62,449 nt of DNA from Alphaproteobacteria bacterium (GTDB taxonomy: Bacteria > Pseudomonadota > Alphaproteobacteria > HIMB59), in the NCBI GenBank assembly GCA_045560885.1, contig JBJKYU010000068.1:1-62449 (forward strand), written 5' to 3'. The notes under the pieces were generated by a model. It did no database searches and was not told where the DNA came from. It saw nothing but the letters and a program-made list of their open reading frames with translations. This document shows, piece after piece, positions 1 through 9,886 of the stretch (position 1 is its first letter; each line of letters starts with the position of its first letter). The translations under genes were made by a program, and so were the position numbers.

Positions 1-2
1 TA

Positions 3-812
3 GGTCAATTATCAGACTCTCAAGGAAGGATTCAGTCTCTTCTTGAGTCATTGAGTTCTTCAAAAGGCGAAAATGAAATTTTAGAAACTCAAATATCTTC
101 AGTAGAAAGTCAAAATCAGTCGCTTAGAGATCAGATATCTTCTTTGGAGCAAGACTCCAAAATCCAAACTACAAGTTTGAACGATGCATTAGCACAAATT
201 TCAAGATTATCAGAGGATATTAAGATCCTGAGTAATGAAATCCAATCACTCAACAATTTGCTTGACTCAAAAGAAGCTGAAATAGCTTCTAATAAAATAG
301 AATTAGGAGAATTAGGAGATAGGTTAAATAGAGTTTTAACAAGTGAATTATATAAATTACAAAAATACAAATCTGAATTTTTTGGTCAACTATCTGAAAC
401 CTTGGGGCAAAGAGAAGACATACAAATCAAGGGTGATAGATTTATTTTTCAGTCAGAAATTTTATTTGAGTCAGGAAGTGCAGATATTCAATCTGGTGGA
501 AGGGTGGCATTGTCTTTAATAGCTAAAACTTTAATTGATTTATCTAATCAAATTCCAACTGATTTGAATTGGATTTTACAAGTAGACGGACATACAGATA
601 AAGTTCCAATTGCTACAGCTAGGTTCCCTTCTAACTGGGAACTTTCACACGCAAGAGCCTTAGAAGTTGTGAAGTTTTTTATTCAACAGGGAATACCGGC
701 AGACAAATTATCAGCTAATGGTTATGGCGAACACCAACCAATCAGCTCAGGTAGTTCGCCAGAAGATTTAAAATTAAATAGAAGAATTGAATTAAAAATT
801 ACTCAAAGATAA
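3..812 (+). CDS. OmpA/MotB-family peptidoglycan-binding protein with long coiled coil (5' partial)
   Basis: Frame is open from position 3, so the gene starts before the window. Heptad-rich N-terminal part. C-terminal OmpA/MotB motifs ILFESGSA, VDGHTD, SNWELSHARA, NRRIELK. Confidence 0.85.
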   Translation, partial: GQLSDSQGRIQSLLESLSSSKGENEILETQISSVESQNQSLRDQISSLEQDSKIQTTSLNDALAQISRLSEDIKILSNEIQSLNNLLDSKEAEIASNKIELGELGDRLNRVLTSELYKLQKYKSEFFGQLSETLGQREDIQIKGDRFIFQSEILFESGSADIQSGGRVALSLIAKTLIDLSNQIPTDLNWILQVDGHTDKVPIATARFPSNWELSHARALEVVKFFIQQGIPADKLSANGYGEHQPISSGSSPEDLKLNRRIELKITQR

Positions 813-814
813 CT

Positions 815-1375
815 TTATTCAATCCACATTTTGATGATCTTGTCAGGATCGTCAACCATTCCGTTTTTTGCAGGGTCACCTTTTTTGATCATATCAACGA
901 ATTCCATTCCCTCAATTACTTCTCCCCAAACAGTATATTGTCCATCCAAATGAGGGGTATCATCGAAACAAATAAAGAATTGACTATCTGCGCTATTAGG
1001 GTCTTGTGCCCTTGCCATGCTCAGCGTACCTCTTTTATGAGGTGTATCATTAAATTCAGCATTTATATTATTACCAGATCCACCCGTTCCAGCACGTCTA
1101 AGGTCAAAAGACTCAGAGTTAGAGTTCCCAAACTGAACATCTCCAGTTTGAGCCATGAATCCATCTATAACACGATGAAAAACTACTCCGTCATATTTAC
1201 CTTGAGATACTAGATCTTTGATTTGTTGTACATGGTTCGGTGCCTTATCATCTAAGGTCTTGATTTTGACGATACCGTCTTTGAGTTGTAAGTTAATGAC
1301 ATCCTCCTTGGATAAAACATTATTAGAAAATAAAAGAAATATGAGTGAAAAGAAAATTTTTATCAATTTCATCAT
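815..1375 (-). CDS. Periplasmic cyclophilin-type peptidyl-prolyl cis-trans isomerase
   Basis: Signal peptide; FHRVIDGFMAQTGD, RGTLSMARA, SQFFIC, LDGQYTVWGEV. The start may be the second ATG at 1372. Confidence 0.95.
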   Translation of the reverse strand: MMKLIKIFFSLIFLLFSNNVLSKEDVINLQLKDGIVKIKTLDDKAPNHVQQIKDLVSQGKYDGVVFHRVIDGFMAQTGDVQFGNSNSESFDLRRAGTGGSGNNINAEFNDTPHKRGTLSMARAQDPNSADSQFFICFDDTPHLDGQYTVWGEVIEGMEFVDMIKKGDPAKNGMVDDPDKIIKMWIE

Positions 1376-1407
1376 TTCAAATTAACACAATTTAAAAACG
1401 ATCAAAT

Positions 1408-1824
1408 TTAATTTTTCGATAATTCTGTCGCTATGGACATAATCTTTTTTTTTAAAGAATTAAGACCATTGGATCGAGAGGGTCCCAAATGACTGGATAA
1501 ACCTATTTCTTCAAAGAAATCCAGAGGTTGCTTTAATATAGTTTGAGGTTCCTCATCATTATAAACAAATTGAACCAAATAAAATAACCCCTGAACGATC
1601 ACTGAGTCACTGGAGCCAATAAATTTCAATTTGTTATCAGATAATTGAGGAATTACCCATAAATTAGATGTACATCCCTGAACTCTGAAGTCCTCAGTTT
1701 TATATTTATCCTCTAATTTTGGTAACTTTTTGCCAAGGTCAATAAGATATTGATATTTGTCCTCCCAACTATCAAAATAAGAAAAATCCTCTTTAATTTG
1801 GTTGATTTTTTCTTGAATTAACAT
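1408..1824 (-). CDS. sufE: SufE-family sulfur acceptor protein
   Basis: WEDKYQYLIDLGKKLP, VQGCTS with catalytic Cys, SDSVIVQG, RSNGL. Confidence 0.93.
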   Translation of the reverse strand: MLIQEKINQIKEDFSYFDSWEDKYQYLIDLGKKLPKLEDKYKTEDFRVQGCTSNLWVIPQLSDNKLKFIGSSDSVIVQGLFYLVQFVYNDEEPQTILKQPLDFFEEIGLSSHLGPSRSNGLNSLKKKIMSIATELSKN

Positions 1825-1861
1825 AGATTTCCACTCTATTAAATTAACTTAAGAATTAAAC

Positions 1862-1987
1862 ATGAAAATTAAAAGTTCACTTAAATCTGCCAAAACTAGA
1901 GATAAGAACAATCAATTAGTTAGAAGAAAAGGTAGATTGTATGTTATTAACAAAACAAACCCAAGAATGAAGGCCCGTCAGGGTTAA
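1862..1987 (+). CDS. rpmJ: 50S ribosomal protein L36, type B (Zn-free); not in ORF track
   Basis: Manual translation [41 protein letters not shown] (41 aa), with typical [11 protein letters not shown] and KARQG motifs. Confidence 0.97.
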   Translation: MKIKSSLKSAKTRDKNNQLVRRKGRLYVINKTNPRMKARQG

Positions 1988-1991
1988 TATA

Positions 1992-2912
1992 CTAGCTTAG
2001 AAATTTTTCTGCCTCTAAAGCAGCCATACAACCCATCCCCGCAGCAGTAATAGCCTGTCTATAAACCTTATCTTTTACGTCACCTGCAGCATAAACTCCC
2101 TTTAATGAGGTCTCCGTACTATCGGGTTTAGTAATAATATAACCTTCTGAATCCATATTGATTTGTCCTTTAAAAAGTTTAGTAGCAGGATCGTGGCCGA
2201 TTGCAATAAAAACTCCATCTAAATCAAGGTTTGATTTTTCATTTTTATCTTTATGGAAAAGTTCAATAGATTTTAAGTCTTGATCACCAATAAATTTAGA
2301 AACCTCAGTGTTCCAAATGAATTTAATTTTAGAATTATTTTTTAGGCGATCCTGTAAAATTTTTTCTGCTCGAAGTTGATCTCTTCGATGAATAAGAAAT
2401 ACTTCAGATGCAAATTTGGTAAGAAACAAAGCTTCTTCAGCAGCACTGTTTCCCCCACCTATAACTGCAACTTTTCTATCTTTAAAAAAGAATCCATCAC
2501 ATGTAGCGCATGCCGATAAGCCGTGACCTTGAAATTTTTCTTCATTTTCCAGTCCTAACCACCTTGCTTGCGCTCCAGTACTAATGATCACAGTTTTAGA
2601 TTCAATAATGCTACCATCATCCAGAAAAATTTTTTTTAATGAGTTGTTAAGTTCAACTTTAGTTACTTGAGTATTTAATATTTCTGTACCAACCAATTGT
2701 GCTTGCTTTTGCATTTGTTCCATCAGCCATGGACCTTGGATGGGGTTTTCATAACCAGGATAATTTTCAACATCCGTAGTAATTGTCAACTGACCACCGG
2801 GTTGAAGACCGCTTATAAGAGTAGGATTTAAATTAGCTCTAGCCGAATAAATTGCTGCCGTATAGCCAGCAGGACCTGAACCAATGATTGTGACTTCTTT
2901 AATATTAGCCAT
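1992..2912 (-). CDS. trxB: Thioredoxin-disulfide reductase
   Basis: IIGSGPAGYTAA, SACATCDG redox motif, GGGNSA, GVYAAGDV. Confidence 0.98.
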   Translation of the reverse strand: MANIKEVTIIGSGPAGYTAAIYSARANLNPTLISGLQPGGQLTITTDVENYPGYENPIQGPWLMEQMQKQAQLVGTEILNTQVTKVELNNSLKKIFLDDGSIIESKTVIISTGAQARWLGLENEEKFQGHGLSACATCDGFFFKDRKVAVIGGGNSAAEEALFLTKFASEVFLIHRRDQLRAEKILQDRLKNNSKIKFIWNTEVSKFIGDQDLKSIELFHKDKNEKSNLDLDGVFIAIGHDPATKLFKGQINMDSEGYIITKPDSTETSLKGVYAAGDVKDKVYRQAITAAGMGCMAALEAEKFLS

Positions 2913-3534
2913 TTATTGGCCAGCTAGTAGGGAAGGTAACATAGTTAATTTGCATACATCTTCTCTCGATTTTAATTTCTTTTTTTTCAAGTCCGTGCCA
3001 AGTGTTATTTCCTGAAGCAAAAAAATACCCCGAGTTATGTTTATAAGGTATTGTTTTAACAAGTTTCATATCAAGGTCATAAAAATCAGTACCTAGTTTT
3101 TCAGACTCATCATAGGTATTAATAAAAAGCATCATTGTCATAAGTTTCTCTGGAATATCTAAATGGGGTTTTAACCAAAATCCTTTTCGATCAGCAATGT
3201 ACTCAACTCGAATATAGCTATTAGTTAAGTCCTTTTTGATTTTTTCTTGGACCGCATCAATGACTTCTTTATCTTTTAAGTCCTCGATAAGCTCCATTCC
3301 GTTAGGAAGAAGATTAGAATTATCTTTTTCTAAAAAAACTCTTAGTTTGCCGTCTATACCGTCTCCACCTGCATCAGCGGCTCTTGTACCATCAAAAGAA
3401 CGAGGGGCATCAGAGATTTTGACATTTTGAAGTTCACCTATCATTTCTTCTGAAAGAGGATTATCTAGCACCCAATGAGGGAAGGGGCCATTATAGGATT
3501 GAATTTTATGTAATATTGAATCTTTAAGATACAC
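2905..3534 (-). CDS. 2OG-Fe(II) oxygenase family protein, substrate unknown
   Basis: HxD (KPHLD), distal His (TWHG) and Arg (ERRC); N-terminal PFPHWVLDNPL typical of the family. Confidence 0.8.
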   Translation of the reverse strand: MYLKDSILHKIQSYNGPFPHWVLDNPLSEEMIGELQNVKISDAPRSFDGTRAADAGGDGIDGKLRVFLEKDNSNLLPNGMELIEDLKDKEVIDAVQEKIKKDLTNSYIRVEYIADRKGFWLKPHLDIPEKLMTMMLFINTYDESEKLGTDFYDLDMKLVKTIPYKHNSGYFFASGNNTWHGLEKKEIKIERRCMQINYVTFPTSWPING

Positions 3535-4465
3535 TGTTTTTGAACCATAAATTACTTTTGATCTTATTCAAGATCTTACTTTTTAACTCTGAATTATAAC
3601 TACTCATTGAGACAGTGTAGGGTTCCATGTTTCTACTGAAACTTTTAATAAAACCTTTTTGTTTAACCATTTGATGGAATAATTTATATCTTTTAGGACA
3701 ACTTTCTTCTTCGAACTCATAGAGGAATGTTCCTGTTTCGGATGAGATTGCTTCAGAAATCATTGAAATAGAATCCCAAGTTACAATTTGCATATTAGAC
3801 TCTGATAGAAGATTGCCATAGGTGACAGGATCAAATAAATTAGTAAATAATTTTATATTATGATTTTTTAGCATTGATAAATTTTTAATAAATTCAGAAG
3901 GCGTTCTTCTTGAAGGAATAACGTTTACAGAAAAAATTTCTGATAAAAATTCTATATCATTTAATATTTTATTTTGTGTATCTTCATTGAATTTGAAATA
4001 CTTGTTAGAACCTCCAATAATAAAGTTAATGCTACTTGTCTTTTTTTTATTTAAATCAAAATTAATATTATGAAGGGCGAGTAATGTTGAAATATTATTT
4101 GGTTTTCTAAGCTGATCGTGCTCTGGAGAAATTATTAGGTCAAAAAGATTATGATTTGATTTAGGGTCTTGGATATGAATATTAAAAACAAGACCTTTAA
4201 ATTTTTTTTTTAGGTAAATAGAAGCTTTAACACTTTTTTTACCACAGCTAATGAGTAATACTTTTGATTGTATATTTATTTGATCAATATTTTGATAAGT
4301 ATTCGCTCTAGCAGGAATAAACTGAATTGGAAGATTTTTAAAAAAGGGTTTAATTTGAACATCAAAGTTTTGATGGGAGTTACAAATTAATTTAGCAAGA
4401 CCTTCTATTTGGCTTCTCATCCCAGCAGCTCCCTCACTGATGGTGATAGCTTTTAAGTCAATCAA
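3524..4465 (-). CDS. ELM1/DUF1022-family protein (mitochondrial fission ELM1-like)
   Basis: SEGAAGMRSQIEGLA, ISCGKKS, HIQDPK, FDLIISPEHD, IIGG, SRRTP, VTWDSISMISEA; usual alphaproteobacterial position between greA and trxB. Confidence 0.88.
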   Translation of the reverse strand: MIDLKAITISEGAAGMRSQIEGLAKLICNSHQNFDVQIKPFFKNLPIQFIPARANTYQNIDQINIQSKVLLISCGKKSVKASIYLKKKFKGLVFNIHIQDPKSNHNLFDLIISPEHDQLRKPNNISTLLALHNINFDLNKKKTSSINFIIGGSNKYFKFNEDTQNKILNDIEFLSEIFSVNVIPSRRTPSEFIKNLSMLKNHNIKLFTNLFDPVTYGNLLSESNMQIVTWDSISMISEAISSETGTFLYEFEEESCPKRYKLFHQMVKQKGFIKSFSRNMEPYTVSMSSYNSELKSKILNKIKSNLWFKNSVS

Positions 4466-4470
4466 ATGAT

Positions 4471-4944
4471 TTATTTAAAACGAACTGATTTAATTTCATA
4501 GGAGGTTACACCTTTAGGAGTTGAAACCTCAATATAGTCACCCTTTTTCTTACCAATTAACGCACGAGCAATTGGACTGGTGACAGAAATTTTTTTTTGT
4601 TCAATATCTGCTTCAACCTCACCAACAAGTTGATATTTGGACTCTTTATTATCATCTAAGTTGATAATGGAAACTGTGGCTCCAAACTTTACAACAGTTC
4701 CCGATAATTTAGAAACATCAATGATTTCAGCTTGAGCTATTGTGCTTTCTATCTCAGCAACTCTACCTTCAATAAAGCTTTGTTTTTCTCGAGCTGCATG
4801 GTACTCAGCATTCTCAGATAAGTCACCGTTACTTCTAGCGTCTGCAATTGCTTTAATAATAATTGGTCGCTCAACTGTCTTTAGGTGTTTTAATTCTTCA
4901 AGGAGTTTTTTTTGCCCCTCTTCTGTCATTGGTATTTTTTCCAT
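4471..4944 (-). CDS. greA: Transcription elongation factor GreA
   Basis: [28 protein letters not shown]. Confidence 0.98.
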   Translation of the reverse strand: MEKIPMTEEGQKKLLEELKHLKTVERPIIIKAIADARSNGDLSENAEYHAAREKQSFIEGRVAEIESTIAQAEIIDVSKLSGTVVKFGATVSIINLDDNKESKYQLVGEVEADIEQKKISVTSPIARALIGKKKGDYIEVSTPKGVTSYEIKSVRFK

Positions 4945-4971
4945 ATTTTTATCTCAATAAGTAAGTGGTAG

Positions 4972-5000
4972 AAAATATGTAATTTTCAAGAGGTTTTCAA
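4972..5000 (-). promoter_or_regulatory. Candidate sigma70 promoter for greA
   Basis: Minus strand TTGAAA-N17-TATTTT in the carB-greA gap. The AT-rich background lowers specificity. Confidence 0.4.
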
Positions 5001-5012
5001 ATGAATTTTTAA

Positions 5013-8000
5013 TTAATAGATATGATGATTTTGTATGGCTTTTACCGAAATCTCAATAGTTTTAAGAGAAATTAAGGATTTATAAAGTATTTTTGCACTT
5101 CTTAAGTTGGTAAAATAGGGAACATTTAAATCAACAGCAGTTCTTCTAATTGTAAAACTATCTTTAATTGCTTGTTTATTTTCAGTGGTATTGATTATCA
5201 TGTCAATTTTGCCATCTTTAATGAACTCAACCACATGTGGAGAGCCCTCGGCCACTTTATTTACTAAATTGGTAGAAATTCCCTTTTTTGTGAGAAATTC
5301 ATGAGTTCCTCGGGTTGTATAAATATTATAGCCACTTTTACTCAGTGAATTAACAATTTCAAAAATATCTTCTTTATCCTCATCTTTAACTGAAACGAAA
5401 ATATTTTTAAGATCATATAGCTTATGTCCTGAGCCTATCTGACTCTTCAAATATGCCATGTTGAAATCCTCATCTATACCCATTACTTCTCCAGTACTTT
5501 TCATTTCTGGTCCTAAAATTACATCTGTGTTAGGAAACTTATTAAAAACAAAGACCGCTTCTTTAATAGCAAAGTAAGGTAGTGACTCGGGTTCAAAATC
5601 GATGAATTCTTTAGATAAAGTTTTCCCAGCAATTAATTCTGCAGCAATTTTAATAAATGGTATTCCAATGGCTTTTGCAAGAAAAGGAATTGTTCTGCTG
5701 GCTCTAGGGTTGGCTTCAAGAATGTAAATTTCATTATATTTAATTGCATATTGTACATTCATTAACCCTACTGTACCTAATTCATTGGCAAGGCTTTTGC
5801 TAAAACTTTTAATGGAATTAATTATCTCGTTGCTTAAAGAAAATGGGGGAATACAGCATGCGCTATCTCCTGAATGAACACCAGCTTCTTCTATGTGTTC
5901 CATAATTCCAGCGATCATGCAATTACCCGCTTTATCCCTTAAAACATCTACATCTACTTCTTTGGCATCTTTTAAAAATTCATCAATCAAAATTACATTA
6001 TTTTCAAGTGCCCAATAATTTTGATCAATATAATTTTGAACATCCTCAGAACTATTCATTTTTTCCATCATCCTACCTCCAAGAACATAAGAAGGACGAA
6101 GTAAAATAGGGAAATTTAATTTAGTTGTCTTTTTGAGAAGTTCTTTAGTTCCAATAGATATGTCGCTTTTAGGTTGTTTTAATCCTACTTTTTGAATTAA
6201 TTGCTGAAATCTCTCTCTGTCTTCAGATATATCGATAGCATCAAAAGATGTTCCGAGGATTTCATATCCAAACTCTTTTAGTTTATTAGCTATACGTAAT
6301 GGAGTTTGACCACCAAATTGCACAACGACTCCTTTAACAGTACCTTCAGAGTTTTCAGTATCTATAATATTTTTAACAAATTCAAAGTCTAAAGGTTCAA
6401 AATATAGTTTATCTGAAGTGTCATAGTCTGTTGATACGGTTTCAGGGTTGCAATTAACCATAATTGTTTCAAAACCTAATTTTTGAAAAGATTTTACAGC
6501 TTGAACACAACAATAATCAAATTCTATTCCTTGACCAATTCTATTTGGCCCTGATCCAAGAATTATAATCTTTTCTTTGCTTGTTGGCCTTGCTTCGCAG
6601 CTAAATAGATTTATATCTTTACTGAAACTGGAGTAGAGGTAGGCAGTAGAAGAGTCAAATTCATTACCGCAAGTATCAACTCTTTTAAAAACATTTTTGG
6701 TACCATTTATATTTAACAAATCATAAATGTCTTCCACTTCTTTTTTAATTAAGCTTGCAATATGTGTATTAGAAAAACCAATTTTCTTAGCTTGAATGAT
6801 CAAATTCAAATCTAATATTCCTTGGGATTTTATAAGTAATTTTTCAATATCAATTATTTCTTTAATTTCTCTTAGGAAAAAATTATCAATACCAGTTATT
6901 GAATTGATATCTTCAATAGTAAGATCTCTTCTTATAGCTTCAGCTACTAAAATTAATCTATCAGGTCTTTGTATTGATAGCTGTTCCCTTAGCTCATCAT
7001 CTTTCAAGTTTAATAATTCATGAGATATATCGAAACCTAAATTATCACCTTCGATAGAATATAAGCCTTTTAAAATAGACTCTTTAAAGCTCCTTCCAAT
7101 TGCCATAATCTCTCCAACAGACTTCATGGCTGTATTCAAAACTTTTGGTGTCCCTTGAAATTTTTCAAAATTAAATTTAGGAATTTTTGTTACTACATAG
7201 TCGATGACAGGCTCAAAACTAGCCGGAGTAACTTTGGTAATATCGTTTTGTAATTCATCTAATGTATAACCTACAGCTAAAAGAGCAGCAATTTTAGCAA
7301 TTGGAAATCCTGTTGCTTTTGATGCAAGTGCTGAGGATCTGCTTACTCTTGGGTTCATTTCGATGATTAGTATTCTTCCATTTGCAGGATTGACGGCAAA
7401 TTGAACGTTAGACCCTCCTGTTTCTACTCCTATTTTTCTTAAAATAGCGATGCTCTGATTTCTTAGCTTCTGAAATTCTTTATCCGTTAGCGTTAGAGCA
7501 GGGGCAATAGTAATACTATCACCAGTATGCACACCCATTGGATCTAGATTTTCAATAGAACACACAATTATTGAGTTATCAGATTTATCGCGAACAACTT
7601 CGAATTCAAATTCTTTCCAGCCAATTAAGGACTCTTCAACTAAAGACTTAGAAACAGGGCTAAGATCAATTGCATTTTTAACTTTAGGCAAAAATTCATC
7701 TTTGTTAAAAACAATACCGCCACCGGTACCACCAAGGGTATAAAAAGGTCTTAAAATAAGAGGATAGGTGACCTCTGAGGCTATTTTTTCTAAATCAGAT
7801 TTATCATCTACAATTATACTAAAAGGAGTTTCAAGACCTATTTCAGTCATCGCTTCTGCAAATAGTTTTCTATCTTCAGCTACATCAATTGACCTTGGAC
7901 TAGCACCAAGAATTTTAATAGGGCTATTAGAGAAGTAATTTTCCTTATTTAACTCCCTTATAATATTAAGAGCAGTTTGACCTCCCATTGTAGGAAGAAT

Positions 8001-8255
8001 TGCATCTGGTTTTTCTTGTTCAATTATTTTTTTGACAATTTCTTTGTCAATCGGCTCTATGTAAGTTTTATCTGCAAATTCAGGATCAGTCATAATAGTA
8101 GCAGGGTTAGAGTTTATAAGAACAACCTGATAACCTTCGTTCTTAAGTGCTTTGCAAGCTTGACTTCCAGAGTAGTCAAATTCACAAGCTTGTCCTATTA
8201 CAATTGGTCCTGACCCAATTACTAAGATTTTTGAAATATCTTTTCTAGCTGGCAT
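5013..8255 (-). CDS. carB: Carbamoyl-phosphate synthase large subunit
   Basis: [57 protein letters not shown]; 1080 aa. Confidence 0.99.
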   Translation of the reverse strand: MPARKDISKILVIGSGPIVIGQACEFDYSGSQACKALKNEGYQVVLINSNPATIMTDPEFADKTYIEPIDKEIVKKIIEQEKPDAILPTMGGQTALNIIRELNKENYFSNSPIKILGASPRSIDVAEDRKLFAEAMTEIGLETPFSIIVDDKSDLEKIASEVTYPLILRPFYTLGGTGGGIVFNKDEFLPKVKNAIDLSPVSKSLVEESLIGWKEFEFEVVRDKSDNSIIVCSIENLDPMGVHTGDSITIAPALTLTDKEFQKLRNQSIAILRKIGVETGGSNVQFAVNPANGRILIIEMNPRVSRSSALASKATGFPIAKIAALLAVGYTLDELQNDITKVTPASFEPVIDYVVTKIPKFNFEKFQGTPKVLNTAMKSVGEIMAIGRSFKESILKGLYSIEGDNLGFDISHELLNLKDDELREQLSIQRPDRLILVAEAIRRDLTIEDINSITGIDNFFLREIKEIIDIEKLLIKSQGILDLNLIIQAKKIGFSNTHIASLIKKEVEDIYDLLNINGTKNVFKRVDTCGNEFDSSTAYLYSSFSKDINLFSCEARPTSKEKIIILGSGPNRIGQGIEFDYCCVQAVKSFQKLGFETIMVNCNPETVSTDYDTSDKLYFEPLDFEFVKNIIDTENSEGTVKGVVVQFGGQTPLRIANKLKEFGYEILGTSFDAIDISEDRERFQQLIQKVGLKQPKSDISIGTKELLKKTTKLNFPILLRPSYVLGGRMMEKMNSSEDVQNYIDQNYWALENNVILIDEFLKDAKEVDVDVLRDKAGNCMIAGIMEHIEEAGVHSGDSACCIPPFSLSNEIINSIKSFSKSLANELGTVGLMNVQYAIKYNEIYILEANPRASRTIPFLAKAIGIPFIKIAAELIAGKTLSKEFIDFEPESLPYFAIKEAVFVFNKFPNTDVILGPEMKSTGEVMGIDEDFNMAYLKSQIGSGHKLYDLKNIFVSVKDEDKEDIFEIVNSLSKSGYNIYTTRGTHEFLTKKGISTNLVNKVAEGSPHVVEFIKDGKIDMIINTTENKQAIKDSFTIRRTAVDLNVPYFTNLRSAKILYKSLISLKTIEISVKAIQNHHIY

Positions 8256-9384
8256 TCGTTTTCATTAATTCAATAAATTTGTCAAAAAGATAACGGCTAT
8301 CATGCGGACCTGGACTAGACTCAGGGTGATATTGAACTGAGAACAGAGGTTGCGATTTAGATTTCATACCATCAACCGTATTATCAAACAACGATATATG
8401 GGAGATTTCTAAATCATTAGGAAAATCATCATCACTTACAACAAAACCATGATTTTGTGATGTGATTTCTACTTGTCCTGTTTCTAAATTTTTAACTGGA
8501 TGGTTTCCGCCTCTATGACCTTTGTCCATTCTCTTAGTTTTGGCATCGAAGGCTAAACTAAGAATTTGGTGACCTAAGCAAATTCCAAAAGTTGGTATTT
8601 TACTTTCTAAAATTTTTTTAAGTTCTGATTTGATATTTTTAAATACTTTTTGTGGGTCACCGGGCCCATTACTTAAAAAAATTCCATCTGGTTTTTTTGA
8701 TAGAATACTTTCTGCTTTAAAGTTCATATCGAACTCAAGTAAATTACAATTTCGATTTATTAGATTTTTTTTTATGTTATCTTTTGCTCCAAAATCAAGA
8801 AAAGCAATATTTAAAGACTCTTTTTTGGTATCCATAACTATTACTTCTAATTCGTTAGTGTAATCCGCAATAACGTCATTTTCTTCTAGTGTCGGATATT
8901 GATTTATTTGATCTGTAATTAGGTCAATACCTTTTTCATTGAAATAACTTTCACTACATAGCATGACATTTTTGGGACCGTAATCTCTAATAATTTTGGT
9001 TAGGGATCTTGTATCTAAGTCAAAAAAAGCACATGATTTTTGATCTAATAGCCAATTAGTGAAATTTATATTTGATCTCCAATTAGATGAAGAACTAAAA
9101 ATCTCACTACATATTAGGCCAGATGCATGAATTTTCCATGATTCATAATCTTCTTTATTACAGCCAACTATACCAATAAGTGGAAAGGTAAAATTAATAA
9201 ATTGAGACTTGTACGAGGGGTCCGTAAGTATTTCTTGGTAACCAGTCATACTGGTATTAAAGCAAATTTCTGCAATCTTGAATTGCTCAGTACTAAGAAA
9301 CTTTCCTTTAAAAATGAATTCTTTATTATAAATAAGAAAACCGTTTTGATAATTTTGATTATTTTGATTATCTAATACGGTCAT
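8245..9384 (-). CDS. carA: Carbamoyl-phosphate synthase small subunit
   Basis: [44 protein letters not shown]. Confidence 0.99.
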   Translation of the reverse strand: MTVLDNQNNQNYQNGFLIYNKEFIFKGKFLSTEQFKIAEICFNTSMTGYQEILTDPSYKSQFINFTFPLIGIVGCNKEDYESWKIHASGLICSEIFSSSSNWRSNINFTNWLLDQKSCAFFDLDTRSLTKIIRDYGPKNVMLCSESYFNEKGIDLITDQINQYPTLEENDVIADYTNELEVIVMDTKKESLNIAFLDFGAKDNIKKNLINRNCNLLEFDMNFKAESILSKKPDGIFLSNGPGDPQKVFKNIKSELKKILESKIPTFGICLGHQILSLAFDAKTKRMDKGHRGGNHPVKNLETGQVEITSQNHGFVVSDDDFPNDLEISHISLFDNTVDGMKSKSQPLFSVQYHPESSPGPHDSRYLFDKFIELMKTNAS

Positions 9385-9427
9385 ATTAAATCTTGAGTAT
9401 TAGTATATTATTAGAGAGGAAATTCAA

Positions 9428-9886
9428 ATGAGTTTGGCAGAAAAAGTTTCAGATGACGTAAAAAGTGCCCTAAAAAGTGGGGATAAAAAAAAATTAGCAA
9501 TAGCAAGATTTCTTTCTTCTGAATTAAAAAATTTCCTTATTAAAGAGAATCTAGATAGGGAATTATCAAAAATCAGTGAGGAGAATTTCTTCAAAATTGT
9601 CAAAACACAAGTTAAACAAAAAAAAGAGTCATTAGAATATGCTGAGAAGGCAAAAGACTCTAATATGATTGATACTATTAATTACGATTTAGAATATTTG
9701 AATTCATTTCTTCCCAAAATGATGAGTGAAGATGCCACAAAAGAATTAATTTCAAATTATATCAATGATCATCAGTTTACGCCTAATGACTTTGGTAAAA
9801 TAATGGGATTATTAAAAAAATCTCATAATAACCAAATAGATTTAAACCTGGCTTCCAATATAATCAAAAAAATTTTCAGTGAATGA
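9428..9886 (+). CDS. GatB/YqeY domain protein
   Basis: VKSALKSGDK, FLPKMMSE, DFGKIMG; conserved carA-yqeY-dnaG-rpoD context; SD-like GAGAGGA upstream. Confidence 0.88.
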   Translation: MSLAEKVSDDVKSALKSGDKKKLAIARFLSSELKNFLIKENLDRELSKISEENFFKIVKTQVKQKKESLEYAEKAKDSNMIDTINYDLEYLNSFLPKMMSEDATKELISNYINDHQFTPNDFGKIMGLLKKSHNNQIDLNLASNIIKKIFSE

